NCBI GenBank assembly: GCA_035259205.1
Contig: DATFWO010000036.1
Coordinates: 11,018-75,017 of the forward strand
Source: Burkholderiales bacterium
GTDB lineage: Bacteria > Pseudomonadota > Gammaproteobacteria > Burkholderiales > SG8-41
Length of the DNA stretch: 64,000 bases
Direction of reading: 5' to 3'
The notes beneath the pieces were generated by a model that saw only the letters and a list, made by a program, of their open reading frames with translations, searched no databases and was not told the DNA's origin. The position numbers and the translations under genes are program-made. This document shows positions 20,045 through 30,386 of the stretch, piece after piece (position 1 is the stretch's first letter; each line of letters starts with the position of its first letter).

Positions 20045-21004
20045 TTACTCAATTCCCGCTTCCTTGATCAGCTTCCCCCACTTGGTGGCCGCGGACTTGA
20101 TGTAGTCGCTGAACTGCTCCGCAGTCAGGTTTCCGGGCTCCAGCGCCTGGGACGCAAAGTTCTTCCTGATATCGGGGCGGGCGAGCGCTTTCCCGATCTC
20201 GCCGTTCAGGCGCGTCACGATCTCGCGCGGCGTCGCCGCCGGCGCGATCAGGCCGAAAAACCCCACGACCTCGAAGCCGGGCAGCCCCGCTTCCGCCACC
20301 GTGGGCACGCCGGGCACGACGGGAATTCGTTGCAAGCCGGTCACGGCGAGCGCCCGCATCTTGCCGGTTTGCACGAAAGTGTTGCATGCCGTCACGTTGC
20401 AGAAACTGATCGGCATGTGCCCGGCGATGACGTCGATGATCGCCGGTGCTTCTCCCTTATACGGCACATGCACGATATTGATCTTGGCCATGTTCTTGAG
20501 CAGCTCGCCCCCCAGGTGCAGCGTCGTGCCGATACCGCCGGAGGCGTAGTTCAACTCGCCCGGCCGCGCGCGCGCGAGTGCGATGAGCTCCTTTACCGAG
20601 CGGACCGGCAGGGCAGGATTGACGGCCAGAATCAACGGGCTCGTCGCGGTCAGCGAGACCGCCGCGAAGTCTTTCACGAGATCGGGATAGGTCTTCTTCT
20701 CGATCATCGCCGAAGTCATCAGCGTCTGCGTCGTCATCATGAGCACGTGGCCGTCAGGGGGACTCTTCGCGACGAGGTCGCCGGCGATCTGGCTGCTTGC
20801 GCCCGGCCGGTTCTCCACGACCACCGATTGCCCGAGGCTTTCTGTCAGCGGCTGCGCTAGGTTGCGCGCGATGATGTCAGTCGCTCCGCCCGGGGAAAAG
20901 CCGACGACCATCCGTACCGGCCTCACAGGATATTTGGCCTGCGCGAACGCGGCGCCCGTGGCCGTGGCCAGCGCAAGGCCGGCTATCCAATGCGCGAGCT
21001 TCAT
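20045..21004 (-). CDS. Bug/TctC family substrate-binding protein
   Basis: Start trimmed to ATG 21004 (MKLAHWIAGLALA...). YPVRPVRMVVGFSPGGATD, VVVENRPGA, HVPYKGEA. Confidence 0.9.
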   Translation of the reverse strand: MKLAHWIAGLALATATGAAFAQAKYPVRPVRMVVGFSPGGATDIIARNLAQPLTESLGQSVVVENRPGASSQIAGDLVAKSPPDGHVLMMTTQTLMTSAMIEKKTYPDLVKDFAAVSLTATSPLILAVNPALPVRSVKELIALARARPGELNYASGGIGTTLHLGGELLKNMAKINIVHVPYKGEAPAIIDVIAGHMPISFCNVTACNTFVQTGKMRALAVTGLQRIPVVPGVPTVAEAGLPGFEVVGFFGLIAPAATPREIVTRLNGEIGKALARPDIRKNFASQALEPGNLTAEQFSDYIKSAATKWGKLIKEAGIE

Positions 21005-21203
21005 TCTATTGTCCCCCCTTGGGACAATCGATGACAGGCCAACGTATCGTGTCGGGCGACGGCGGTCGTCCTGCATTCCGTTCGTGCCAGTGCGATGTGA
21101 CCCCATCATAGGCCCGCCACCCCACGCTCGCAATGTGGATGCCGGCCATAACGGCTTGGCCCAAGCGTAGAATCCGGGCTTCTTATATCTGCGTGTCCTT
21201 GAC

Positions 21204-22208
21204 GTGCTGGTTGACCCGGCTGAATTCCGGATTGCGCGGCATCCGTTCCAGAATTTCCGCTTCTATTGCGCCGCAGCGGTAATCCTGGCCGGAAGTGCGT
21301 CGCCGGTAGCCGGCGCGGCGGGGCAATCCTATCCGGAGAGGCCGGTACGGATCTTCGTGGGCCTCGCAGCAGGCGGCGGCACCGACAGTGTCGCCCGTAT
21401 CATGGCGCAAAAGCTTTCCGACGTATTCGGGCAGTCGTTCGTGGTGGACAACCGTCCCGGCGCCGGCGGCAACGTAGCGGGCGAGTTGACCGCGCGCGCG
21501 GCACCGGATGGCTACACGCTCATAGCAGTCACGCCGACGCATATCATCAATCCCAGCATCTACCGTGACGTGCGCTACGACGCCATCAAGGATTTCGCGC
21601 CGATTGGTCTCATTGCCTACGCTCAGTACTATCTGTCCGCGGCTAACGCGGTGCCCGCGGCGACACTGAAGGACCTCATTGCCCTCGCGAAAACCCAGCG
21701 TCTTATGTACGGCTCGCCCGGCATCGGAGGCACGAATCACCTCGCGGGCGAGCTCTTCAAGAGCATGGCGGGCATCGAGATGGTCCACGTGCCTTACAAG
21801 GGCGGTGCCCCCACGTTGAATGCGCTCATTTCGGGCGAGGTGCACGTTTCGTTTACCAGTGGGGTCGTTCTTCCTCACGCCAAGGCAGGACGACTCAAGA
21901 CGCTCGCCGTGACCGGGGGCAAGCGCACTCCACTGGCACCGGATATTCCGACGGTCGCCGAAGCCGGCCTCCCGGGCTACGAAGTAACGGGGTGGTACGG
22001 ACTTGCCGCGCCGGCCAGAACGCCCAAGGCGATCCTCGAGCATCTCAACGTCACCATGAACCGCGTGCTGCCCGAGTTGCAGGACCGCTACGCTAGTCTC
22101 GCGATGGATCTGGCCGGCGGCACGGCATCCCAGTTCGGCTCGCTCCTCACGAGCGAGCGGGAAAAATGGGCGCGGGTCGTGAGACTGTCGGGCGTCAAGC
22201 CCGAATGA
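21204..22208 (+). CDS. Bug/TctC family substrate-binding protein
   Basis: GTG start (no in-frame ATG in the leader). [45 protein letters not shown]. Confidence 0.85.
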   Translation: MLVDPAEFRIARHPFQNFRFYCAAAVILAGSASPVAGAAGQSYPERPVRIFVGLAAGGGTDSVARIMAQKLSDVFGQSFVVDNRPGAGGNVAGELTARAAPDGYTLIAVTPTHIINPSIYRDVRYDAIKDFAPIGLIAYAQYYLSAANAVPAATLKDLIALAKTQRLMYGSPGIGGTNHLAGELFKSMAGIEMVHVPYKGGAPTLNALISGEVHVSFTSGVVLPHAKAGRLKTLAVTGGKRTPLAPDIPTVAEAGLPGYEVTGWYGLAAPARTPKAILEHLNVTMNRVLPELQDRYASLAMDLAGGTASQFGSLLTSEREKWARVVRLSGVKPE

Positions 22209-22265
22209 TCCGAGTCCGCGGCCACGCTCACTTTTTTTGCGAGGATGTGTCGAATTTAGTATCGA

Positions 22266-23846
22266 TCAGGCAGCGATCGTGCGCCACGTGGCAGCTAGCC
22301 GCTCGGCGCCGCGCAGCGACAGCGCGTAAATGGTATAGGTCGGGTTGGCGGCGCCGCCCGTCGGGAAGATGCCCGGCCCGGCGACGTAGAGATTCGGTAT
22401 CTCGTGGGTCTGCCCGAAGCTGTTGACCACTGAATTGCCGGCGTTCGTCCCCATAATGGTGCCACCCATCAAGTGGACAGTCGGGATATTGCCGCGGCCG
22501 GACCAGGATTCTTTCGCGCCCGCCGCCTTGGCGACCCGCAGTCCCTCCTCGAAATTGGCGTTCCACACACCCTCGACGTCCTTGTCGTAGCTGTGGGTGA
22601 TCCGCGCGCGCGGCATGCCGAACTCGTCCTTGTCGGTCGTCAGCTCGACCCGGTTCTCGACGTTGGGCAATTCCTCGCCGAAAGCGTTGATGCGGGTCAG
22701 GCCGCGCACCGCGCGCTTCATGAACGCCCACAGCTCCGGGCCGAACAAGTCGAGCCGCGCGTTGGCTATGCCGCCCAAGGCGCTTGGCTTCAGCGCGGAG
22801 CCGCAGACGATGAACGTGCTGCCGAACGCGTCCTTGTGGCTGGTTTTGCCGTAGCGGTCATACGACATGTACTGCGCGCCGGTGGTGCCCATGTGGCTTT
22901 CGACGTTCTCGTCGAAGATCGCCCACGTGCCCGACGCGAAATGCGTCATCATGTATTTGCCCACGAGGCCGCTCGAATTCGCGAGCCCCTTCGGGTGCTT
23001 GCCATTGGCCGAGTTAAGCATGATGCGCGGGTTCTGCGCCGCCCACGCCGCGAGCACCACGACGTTTGCCGGCTGGAATCGCTTCTCGCCGTTCCGGTCG
23101 TGATACTCGACACCACTGACGCGGTTGCCGGCGGCGTTGGCCAGCACGCGCGTGACCGTGCTCCACGGTCGCACCTCGGCGCCGGCCTTCCTCGCATCGC
23201 CCAGATAGGTAACAAGAGGATTGGAGAGCGCCCCCGTTGGACAGCCGACGTGGCACCAGCCGTCGTAAATGCATGCCGGCCGCCCTTTGTAGTCGGTCGA
23301 ATTCATGCCGACTGCCGCCGGGACCATGCGAATGCCGACCGCCTCGAAGCCCTTCAGCCAGATGTCGCCGTTACGAAAGGTCTTCATCGGCGGCATCGGA
23401 TACGGCGCGCCCGCCGGCCGCCAGATCTCCTCGGCCTTCGCATCACCCGATACCCCGACGTCGCGCGCGACTTTGTCGTAGTACGGCGCCAGGTCCTGGT
23501 AGGAGATTGGCCAGTCCAGCGCGCGGCCATGCTCGCTCTTGACCTTGAAATCGTTCGGCAGCAGGCGCGGGAAATTTGCGAAGTAATGCAGCGCGGCGCC
23601 GCCGACTCCCCAGCCGGACTGATTGCCATAGGCGACGGGATGCCGGCCCTCGAGAATGAATGGGCCGCCGGCGTGCTTGAGGCGCCGCCCCCAGGCATCC
23701 GAGCTGATGAGATCTCCGGATTTCCAGTCCGGACCCTGTTCCAGAATGATCACCTTCTTCCCGGCTTTCGCCAGCACCGCGGCATAGACCGAGCCCGACG
23801 CGCCCGCGCCGACGATGACCGCATCCACTTTCTCGGTCCTGGCCAT
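22266..23846 (-). CDS. GMC family FAD oxidoreductase (large subunit, pair 2)
   Basis: N-terminal DAVIVGAGASGSVYAAVLAKAGKKVIILEQG Rossmann motif, 526 aa. Starts 1 nt after the upstream small-subunit stop. Confidence 0.85.
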   Translation of the reverse strand: MARTEKVDAVIVGAGASGSVYAAVLAKAGKKVIILEQGPDWKSGDLISSDAWGRRLKHAGGPFILEGRHPVAYGNQSGWGVGGAALHYFANFPRLLPNDFKVKSEHGRALDWPISYQDLAPYYDKVARDVGVSGDAKAEEIWRPAGAPYPMPPMKTFRNGDIWLKGFEAVGIRMVPAAVGMNSTDYKGRPACIYDGWCHVGCPTGALSNPLVTYLGDARKAGAEVRPWSTVTRVLANAAGNRVSGVEYHDRNGEKRFQPANVVVLAAWAAQNPRIMLNSANGKHPKGLANSSGLVGKYMMTHFASGTWAIFDENVESHMGTTGAQYMSYDRYGKTSHKDAFGSTFIVCGSALKPSALGGIANARLDLFGPELWAFMKRAVRGLTRINAFGEELPNVENRVELTTDKDEFGMPRARITHSYDKDVEGVWNANFEEGLRVAKAAGAKESWSGRGNIPTVHLMGGTIMGTNAGNSVVNSFGQTHEIPNLYVAGPGIFPTGGAANPTYTIYALSLRGAERLAATWRTIAA

Positions 23847-23847
23847 C

Positions 23848-24408
23848 TCACCATCTCCTCTCGGGTGCGATGTGCGCCATGTAGGGGATGCCGAGAGCCT
23901 CGTACCCTTCCATGGTGCCGAAGACCACGTCGACGGCGTCGCTGCGCGTCACGAAATACGCGAACGGGGCCGGAGGTCCCTGCCACCCTTCGAGCTTGTT
24001 CACGCGCATCTGGTCGACGAACTCGCGCTGCTCGGTCGCGCTGAGCCGTGCGAAGAAGCGCCCGTGGCGCGCTTCGCTCGACTGGTCGATCGCGGCGATC
24101 ACGGCCCGGTAGAAATTCACATAGGGCGGCTTGACGTTGAGGGTGCGCGCCTCGAGCAGCGCCTCCTCCGGCGGCACGGAGAGCTGGTGATCGATGAAGT
24201 GTGAAATTCCCGCCGCGCGCGCGCCGGGAACGAGCGTCTCTCCCAGTGCTTCTATCGTCTCGGCTTCGCCCGCCTTGAGCAGGCGAAACGGCACACCCTG
24301 CGCTCGGGCTTCCCGGGCGGTGAGGAGGACCTGCGCGCCACCGACGGTAAACGCGAGTGCACCGAGCGCCGCGCCCCGCATGAAGTCTCGTCGTTTGATA
24401 CCGTCCAT
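23848..24408 (-). CDS. gluconate 2-dehydrogenase subunit 3-like small subunit (Tat signal), pair 2
   Basis: Start at ATG 24408: MDGIKRRDFMRGAALGALAF (twin-arginine), 186 aa, immediately upstream of the GMC gene. Confidence 0.75.
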   Translation of the reverse strand: MDGIKRRDFMRGAALGALAFTVGGAQVLLTAREARAQGVPFRLLKAGEAETIEALGETLVPGARAAGISHFIDHQLSVPPEEALLEARTLNVKPPYVNFYRAVIAAIDQSSEARHGRFFARLSATEQREFVDQMRVNKLEGWQGPPAPFAYFVTRSDAVDVVFGTMEGYEALGIPYMAHIAPERRW

Positions 24409-24458
24409 GTCGATCCTCCCCGAGGGATGGTTTTTGCTTCCTCCTTCCGCCCTCCTCT

Positions 24459-26219
24459 TCAAACGAGCGCGCCCGGCTGCTTGAGGTAGCGATTCTTGAT
24501 CGCGTCGAGCGCCCAATAGGTCAGCGCGCCGACGGTATTGGTCGGGTTGTATCCCGCGTTCTGCGGAAACGCGTTGGCCCCGATCACGAAAACGTTGGAT
24601 ACGTCCCAGCTCTGCAGATACTTGTTGACGGCGCTCGTGCCAGGATCGAGGCCCATGGCGGCACCGCCGGTGTTGTGAGTGCTTTGGTACGGCACGATCG
24701 TGTAGTGGCCGGCGCGCGGCTCCGCGTGCACGTGCTGGGCGCCGGTCGCCTTGGCGATCTGCTCCATCTTGCCCGCGATGAAGGCCGAAGCCCGATGCTC
24801 GTTCTCGCGCCAGTCGAACGTCATCCGCAGCAGCGGCAGGCCCCACGCGTCGCGATAGGTGGGATCGAGGTCCAGATAGTTGGTGCGGTAGCTGTTGCAG
24901 CCGGTCTCGTTCTGGATGGTGAAGGAGCGGTTCCAGTACTGGGCGACCGCCTTTTTCCAGGCTGGTCCCCAGCGAGGCGTGCCGTGGGGCACGGGCCGGC
25001 TTTCGATGGGGTTCGATCCGCCAGTGCCGACGACCGTGCGGCCGCCGCCCACGAAGCCCAGCCCCGAGTGATCGTAGTTGTCCCCATTGAAGTCGTCGAT
25101 CGCGATGCCCATCCCGCCGGCGCCCATGAACTGGTTGAATATCCTGTCCTCGAAATTGAGGGCGACGTGGGTCACGACCTGATAAGCGTAGTTGCGGCCG
25201 ACGATGCCGCGGTTCGCGACGGGATCGTATGGCTCTCCGATACCCGAGAGCATCATCAGGCGCACGTTGCCGAACACGTAGCCCATGAGGAGCACCAGGT
25301 CCGCCGGCTGCTCGAGCTCGCGCCCCTGCGCATCCACGTAGGTCACGCCGGTTGCGCGCTTGCGCGTCGAGTCGAGGTTCACCTTCATGACCCGCGCGTG
25401 CGTGCGCAACTCGAAATTCTTGTCGCCCATCAGCACCGGCAGCACCGCGCTCTGCACGTTGCCCTTCGCGCCGACCTCGCACGCGTACGAGCTGCAGAAC
25501 CCGCAGTGCACGCACGCATTGATCGTGGCCCCATAGATGTTCTTGTAGGCGCGCGTCGCGGTCGCCGAGGGCACCGGGAACGTGTGGTAGCCCAGCGAAT
25601 TCGCCGCTTCCTGATAGACGTGCCCGGCGTGTGAAACCGGATGCGGGGGATTCGGATACTCGCGCGAGCGGGGGCCCTCGAAGGGGTTGCCGCCCGGCTG
25701 AATCTTGCCCTTGAGGTTGCCCGCCTTGCCGCTGATGCCGTAGCAGTACTCGAACCGGTCGTAATAGGGCTCCAGGTCGCCGTAGGTGACGCCCCAGTCC
25801 CGGCTCGTGCAGTCCGTGGCGAATGCCTCCTTGCCGTAGCGCGCCTCGGAGCGGCTGCGCATCTCGAAATCCCACGGCAGAAAGCGCCACGTCGCCCCGC
25901 CCCAGTGCACGGCCGCCCCGCCCACGCCCTCCCCGGGCTTGAACGAGCCCAGCTGGCGCATCGGCAGCGCCGTCTCGTTCGGCCGGTTGCGAAACGTCAG
26001 CGTTTCGCGCGACAGATCCTGCATCAACGCGTTGCGCCGGCCATACTTGAGCCCGTCGTGCGCATGCGGCATCGCGGCGCTCGCGGTATCCCGGTACTCG
26101 CCGCGCTCGAGCGCCACGACCTTGACCCCGGCATCGCACAGCTCCTTCGCCGCGATCGTGCCCGTCAGTCCAGCGCCGACGATCACGACGTCGGTCGGCT
26201 TGAGTCTGGTGATGGCCAT
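24459..26219 (-). CDS. GMC family FAD oxidoreductase (large subunit, pair 1)
   Basis: DVVIVGAGLTGTIAAKELCDAGVKVVALERG, 586 aa. Paralogue of 22266..23846. Confidence 0.85.
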   Translation of the reverse strand: MAITRLKPTDVVIVGAGLTGTIAAKELCDAGVKVVALERGEYRDTASAAMPHAHDGLKYGRRNALMQDLSRETLTFRNRPNETALPMRQLGSFKPGEGVGGAAVHWGGATWRFLPWDFEMRSRSEARYGKEAFATDCTSRDWGVTYGDLEPYYDRFEYCYGISGKAGNLKGKIQPGGNPFEGPRSREYPNPPHPVSHAGHVYQEAANSLGYHTFPVPSATATRAYKNIYGATINACVHCGFCSSYACEVGAKGNVQSAVLPVLMGDKNFELRTHARVMKVNLDSTRKRATGVTYVDAQGRELEQPADLVLLMGYVFGNVRLMMLSGIGEPYDPVANRGIVGRNYAYQVVTHVALNFEDRIFNQFMGAGGMGIAIDDFNGDNYDHSGLGFVGGGRTVVGTGGSNPIESRPVPHGTPRWGPAWKKAVAQYWNRSFTIQNETGCNSYRTNYLDLDPTYRDAWGLPLLRMTFDWRENEHRASAFIAGKMEQIAKATGAQHVHAEPRAGHYTIVPYQSTHNTGGAAMGLDPGTSAVNKYLQSWDVSNVFVIGANAFPQNAGYNPTNTVGALTYWALDAIKNRYLKQPGALV

Positions 26220-26222
26220 GGC

Positions 26223-27017
26223 TCAATCCTTTGCGCTCAATTTCACGTGTATCGGATGACCGTGCTCGTCGAGCTCGGCGACCCGGTTCTCGACATCGAG
26301 GATGGAGACGGGCTCGACGCGGTACGGGGTGTTGTGGCGGGCGATATAGCCCGTGTACACCGCTGCGACGCCGGGAAATCCCACCAGCTTCCAGCCCACT
26401 TTGTCGCGATTGCCCCCGTACATGGGATCCGCGAAGAAGCTTTCGATCGTATTGGAGTGCAGCATGGCGAAGAACGAGCGCGAGGGGACGCCGGGAAGCT
26501 CCACCTTTCCCGCTTCCAGGGCGTGCAGCACCTCGTCCTGTTCGGCTCCGGCGAGCTTGTCGAAAGTCATGCCGTAGCGCTGACTGCAGTACGCATTCGT
26601 GTCACGTATGCCGGCGCGGTAGACCTCCTGCGGCGTATGGGGCAGCTGGTAACCCTGCTGCGGCATTGCCTCGGGCCAGGGTCCCTGGCGATACTGCCGG
26701 CCCATGGTTCCCCAGGAGCTGGCGAGCTGCCCGTCGATGAAGTAGGCGGCGCCGGCTTCCTTCGCGCCCGGCCCCAGTTCGTCGGCGGGTATGAGGCGCG
26801 CGGCCGCCGCTTCGATGAAGTCGAATTCCGCCTGCGAGAGGAAGTGCCGGGTCTGGCCTACCGTCTGCGCCGGGCGGGCAACTCCTGGAGACTGGGCAAC
26901 GTGGTGAGTGTGCTGCGCGGCGACTTCGTTCGCGCCCAGCGCGGCAGGCACTCCGGCCGCTCCCAGCGCCGTCATCTTCTTGAGAAAGCCCCTGCGTCCG
27001 GGTGGATCGTGGTCCAT
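26223..27017 (-). CDS. gluconate 2-dehydrogenase subunit 3-like small subunit (Tat signal), pair 1
   Basis: Start at ATG 27017: MDHDPPGRRGFLKKMTALGAAG. ...FFADPMYGGNRDKVGWKLVGFPG is typical of this family. Confidence 0.75.
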   Translation of the reverse strand: MDHDPPGRRGFLKKMTALGAAGVPAALGANEVAAQHTHHVAQSPGVARPAQTVGQTRHFLSQAEFDFIEAAAARLIPADELGPGAKEAGAAYFIDGQLASSWGTMGRQYRQGPWPEAMPQQGYQLPHTPQEVYRAGIRDTNAYCSQRYGMTFDKLAGAEQDEVLHALEAGKVELPGVPSRSFFAMLHSNTIESFFADPMYGGNRDKVGWKLVGFPGVAAVYTGYIARHNTPYRVEPVSILDVENRVAELDEHGHPIHVKLSAKD

Positions 27018-27348
27018 GCCGACCTCCTTGCAGAAATAACGACTTGCGGCCGGTAGTAGGCCGCGCGCACCTTTCAATTCGTCTCCAGGGAGGCAGCGCT
27101 GCCGCAGTCGACCTGCAACAGCTTTCTCAACTTTGTTATCCGCTCATCATAGGCCCGCGATAGTGGCGCTGCAATGCGGGACCACGATGGATCAAGCGCG
27201 CCATCTCGCGGTTAAGAATCTGGTGGCTGCGGGGTTGCCATCGGGCGAGGAAAGACGCATCCTGATGAAAAAAAGCAGGTCATCCGAGGAATGCAGTCAG
27301 CGGGTGATACCACCTCCCGCTGACCGGTCACGTCAGAGAGGGGATCCT

Positions 27349-28818
27349 ATGTACCGGATGACAAGTCGGTCTCTTTTGCTGCTCGCTGCGTGCCTCCTAG
27401 TGGCGCCCGGGAGCCACTCCCAGGTACAAAGCCCGGGCGCTCGGGCGACTGGCACAACAGTTTACGAAGGGGCACGGCTCATCACGGGCGACGGCAGCCC
27501 GGTCATCGAGAATTCCGCATTTGTGGTCGAGAACGATCTTTTCACCCGTGTCGGCCGGCGGGGCGAGGTGCAGGTTCCAGCCGGCGCCGCGCGCGTCGAT
27601 CTCACGGGCAAGACCGTAATGCCGACGATGGTCGATCTTCACGGCCACATCGGGTACCAGGATGTCGCCGCGGGCACCATGTCGAAAGAGATGTTCACCC
27701 GCGACAATCTCATCGACCACCTGCAGCGTCTCGCGTATCACGGGGTCGGCGCCATCGTCGGTGTCGGCGATCTGGTAAGCCGCGCGGATGGACGCGGCGG
27801 CCGGACTCCCTGGGGCGACGTGCCGTTGCGAGTGCGGGAGGAAGTCGTTCCGGATGCGGCGTTGTTTCGCACGACCGGCGCGGGTATGGCGTGGCCGGGC
27901 GCCGGGGCCCAAGGTCATCCGTCGCGCGTGGACATCATGTACCCCGTCACCACCGCCGAGGAAGCCAGGGCGGCGGTTCGAGACTACGTGGTCATGAAAC
28001 CCGAGTTCATCAAGATCTGGGTGGACGACAGGAACGGCAGAGTGAAGACGCTGACGCCGCCGCTCTATCGGGCGATTATCGACGAGGCGCACAAGCACAA
28101 TGTCCCTGTCGGCGTCCACAACGTCACCCTGGCGGACGCCAAGGAGCTGATGCGGGCGGGCGTCGAGGGCTGGCTGCACGTGCCGGTGCGCCAGGGCGAG
28201 GAGCCCGACGATGAGTTGATCACTATAGTCAGGGAGCGGATCGCCAGGAATTTCCGGCCCAACATCTGGATGACGCCGAACCTCAGGTCGGCGTGGATGA
28301 GCACTCAGGGCGGCGGCCGTCCGGCGTGGCTCGACGACGCGCTGTTGCGCGCAACTTACTCTCCGCAGCAAATCCAGGAGCATTGGGGCGGCGCGCTGGC
28401 GAAGATGACGCCGGAACAGGTTGCGCGCGCGCGCCGGAATTTCGAGCACGACGCACGCAATGCGATGAGGCTCAGGGCCGCGGGCATCCGGGTCGTCATG
28501 GGAACCGACACCGGGCAGACCCGCTTCTGGATCGGCTATTTCAACCACATGGAGCTGGAGAGTCTCGTGGCTATGGGGCTGACGCCGTCCGAGGCGATCG
28601 TCGCAGCGACCCGCGACGGGGCCGACATCATGCGGCTCAATACCGGGCTCGTCGCGCCGGGGAGAAGCGCCGACTTCATCGTCCTCGACGCGAATCCCCT
28701 CGAAAACATCTCCAACTCGCGCCGGATCAACAAAGTCTACCTGCGGGGCCAGGAGGTTCAGCGTGCAGCGCTCGCGGCCAAGTGGCAGGCGGGGTTTCGC
28801 GCGACATCGGGGCAATAG
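27349..28818 (+). CDS. secreted amidohydrolase family protein
   Basis: Start at ATG 27349 (MYRMTSRSLLLLAACLLVAPG; purine-rich stretch upstream). VMPTMVDLHGHIGYQ metal-binding motif, ...GTDTG..., ADFIVLDANPLENI. Confidence 0.8.
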   Translation: MYRMTSRSLLLLAACLLVAPGSHSQVQSPGARATGTTVYEGARLITGDGSPVIENSAFVVENDLFTRVGRRGEVQVPAGAARVDLTGKTVMPTMVDLHGHIGYQDVAAGTMSKEMFTRDNLIDHLQRLAYHGVGAIVGVGDLVSRADGRGGRTPWGDVPLRVREEVVPDAALFRTTGAGMAWPGAGAQGHPSRVDIMYPVTTAEEARAAVRDYVVMKPEFIKIWVDDRNGRVKTLTPPLYRAIIDEAHKHNVPVGVHNVTLADAKELMRAGVEGWLHVPVRQGEEPDDELITIVRERIARNFRPNIWMTPNLRSAWMSTQGGGRPAWLDDALLRATYSPQQIQEHWGGALAKMTPEQVARARRNFEHDARNAMRLRAAGIRVVMGTDTGQTRFWIGYFNHMELESLVAMGLTPSEAIVAATRDGADIMRLNTGLVAPGRSADFIVLDANPLENISNSRRINKVYLRGQEVQRAALAAKWQAGFRATSGQ

Positions 28819-28907
28819 CTCGCCTCGGGCGCCCGCACGATTGGACGCGGACCGGTAGCTTGCACGCGAAGGTAACCACTCATCACGACCAACAAGGAGG
28901 AGCCATC

Positions 28908-29903
28908 ATGCGCCATGTATATCGAATGATCGTCGGCCTTGCGGCGGCGACCGTCGTCGCGGCGATGCTCTCGCAGCACGCATACGCACAGGACAATCCG
29001 TATCGCATCGAAGAGGGCTGGGGAACGCTCCCCGACGGCAGGAAATGGGGCGGGACGATCGGAGTCGATATCGACCGCAACAGCAACATCTGGGTCTTCG
29101 AGCGCTGCGGCGCGTCCAACTGCGAAGGCTCGAGCCTGCCGCCCATCATCCAGCTCGATCCGTCGGGCAAGGTATTGAGGATGTTCGGCGCGGGAATGTT
29201 CAATCAGCCGCACGGCTTCCACGTCGACCGGGACGGCAACGTCTGGGCGAGCGATGCGACGGGTAAGGACGGCAAAGGCCACCAGGTCTTCAAATTCAGC
29301 CCGGAAGGCAAGGTGCTGATGACCCTGGGCAAGGCGGGCGTCGCCGGCGACGGGCCGGACACGTTCAACCGCCCCTGCGACGTCGTGACCGCGCCAAACG
29401 GCGACATCTTCGTCGCGGACGGGCACGGCGGGGATTCCAACGCGCGCATCGTCAAGTTCTCGAAGGACGGGAAGTTCATCAAGGCGTGGGGCAAGAAAGG
29501 CTCGGCGCCCGGAGAGTTCGACACGCCGCACGCGATTGCCATCGACTCCAAGGGCAGCATCTTCGTCGGCGACCGCGCCAACAACCGCATCCAGATCTTC
29601 GACCAGGACGGGAAATTTCTCCAAGAATGGAAGCAGTTCGGGCGCCCGAGTGGCCTCTTCATCGACCGCAACGACATCCTCTACGTGGCCGACCATCAGT
29701 CCGACGCAAAGAACAACCCGGGCGTGAGACCGGGCATACGCATCGGCAGCGTCAAGGACGGAAAAGTCATCGCGTTCGTCCCGGCTCTGGGCCCGGCGGA
29801 GAAGCCCACCAGCGCGACCGAAGGCATCGCGGCCGACGCCGCGGGCAACCTCTACGCGGGCGAGACCGGCACGAGGAATCTGAGGAAGTATGTGAAAAAA
29901 TGA
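28908..29903 (+). CDS. secreted NHL-repeat beta-propeller protein
   Basis: Start at ATG 28908 preceded by AAGGAGGAG. Signal peptide. Repeated ...FNRPCDVVTAPNGDIFVADGHG / FDTPHAIAIDSKGSIFVGDRANNRIQIF / ...PSGLFIDRNDILYVADH blades. Confidence 0.75.
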   Translation: MRHVYRMIVGLAAATVVAAMLSQHAYAQDNPYRIEEGWGTLPDGRKWGGTIGVDIDRNSNIWVFERCGASNCEGSSLPPIIQLDPSGKVLRMFGAGMFNQPHGFHVDRDGNVWASDATGKDGKGHQVFKFSPEGKVLMTLGKAGVAGDGPDTFNRPCDVVTAPNGDIFVADGHGGDSNARIVKFSKDGKFIKAWGKKGSAPGEFDTPHAIAIDSKGSIFVGDRANNRIQIFDQDGKFLQEWKQFGRPSGLFIDRNDILYVADHQSDAKNNPGVRPGIRIGSVKDGKVIAFVPALGPAEKPTSATEGIAADAAGNLYAGETGTRNLRKYVKK

Positions 29904-29945
29904 CGTTGCTGTCGCTGGTCGTCGAAGACCATGTTGAGCGCTTAC

Positions 29946-30386
29946 CTACTTGCTATGTGCAGGCACTCTAAAAACAGCAGAACCGCTTCCGTCTGGAGTC
30001 CGCGCGATGATCTCGTATCGACGGCCAACCTCCAGCGTTGCGGCAGGCACCTTTACGGCAAACCCCGGTGGTGATTCCCCATAGGGGATTTTTATTACGC
30101 TGACAGTCTTACCGCTTGCTGTGATTTGCCAAACGACTCGCGCACGCTGTCCTTCCTCGCGTGCTTCCGCATTGCGTTGCCCTTCTTCGAAGTGCTCTAG
30201 GACGAAAAGCTCAGAAATCGCCGTACCACCACTAGAAACAGTTGACTGCGAGCCAAGAACAAATAGCGGAACATTGCGACTCGTCAAGTCCACCGAAACG
30301 TCAAATGTCTCTTCGCACCCCGCTAGAATAAACAGGGCACCAAGACCGACGACCGCAACGAATTGCCTGGAAAGACCGAGAGTCAT
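29946..30386 (-). CDS. hypothetical lipoprotein
   Basis: Lipobox ...ALFILAGC. Sits in a visibly lower-GC islet (about 29.9-30.7 kb). No family recognised. Confidence 0.55.
   Translation of the reverse strand: MTLGLSRQFVAVVGLGALFILAGCEETFDVSVDLTSRNVPLFVLGSQSTVSSGGTAISELFVLEHFEEGQRNAEAREEGQRARVVWQITASGKTVSVIKIPYGESPPGFAVKVPAATLEVGRRYEIIARTPDGSGSAVFRVPAHSK

Noticed and set aside
21183-22043. 286-aa minus-strand ORF opposite Bug gene 21204
   Set aside because: It is antisense to a gene with all the Bug family motifs and has shadow-ORF composition.
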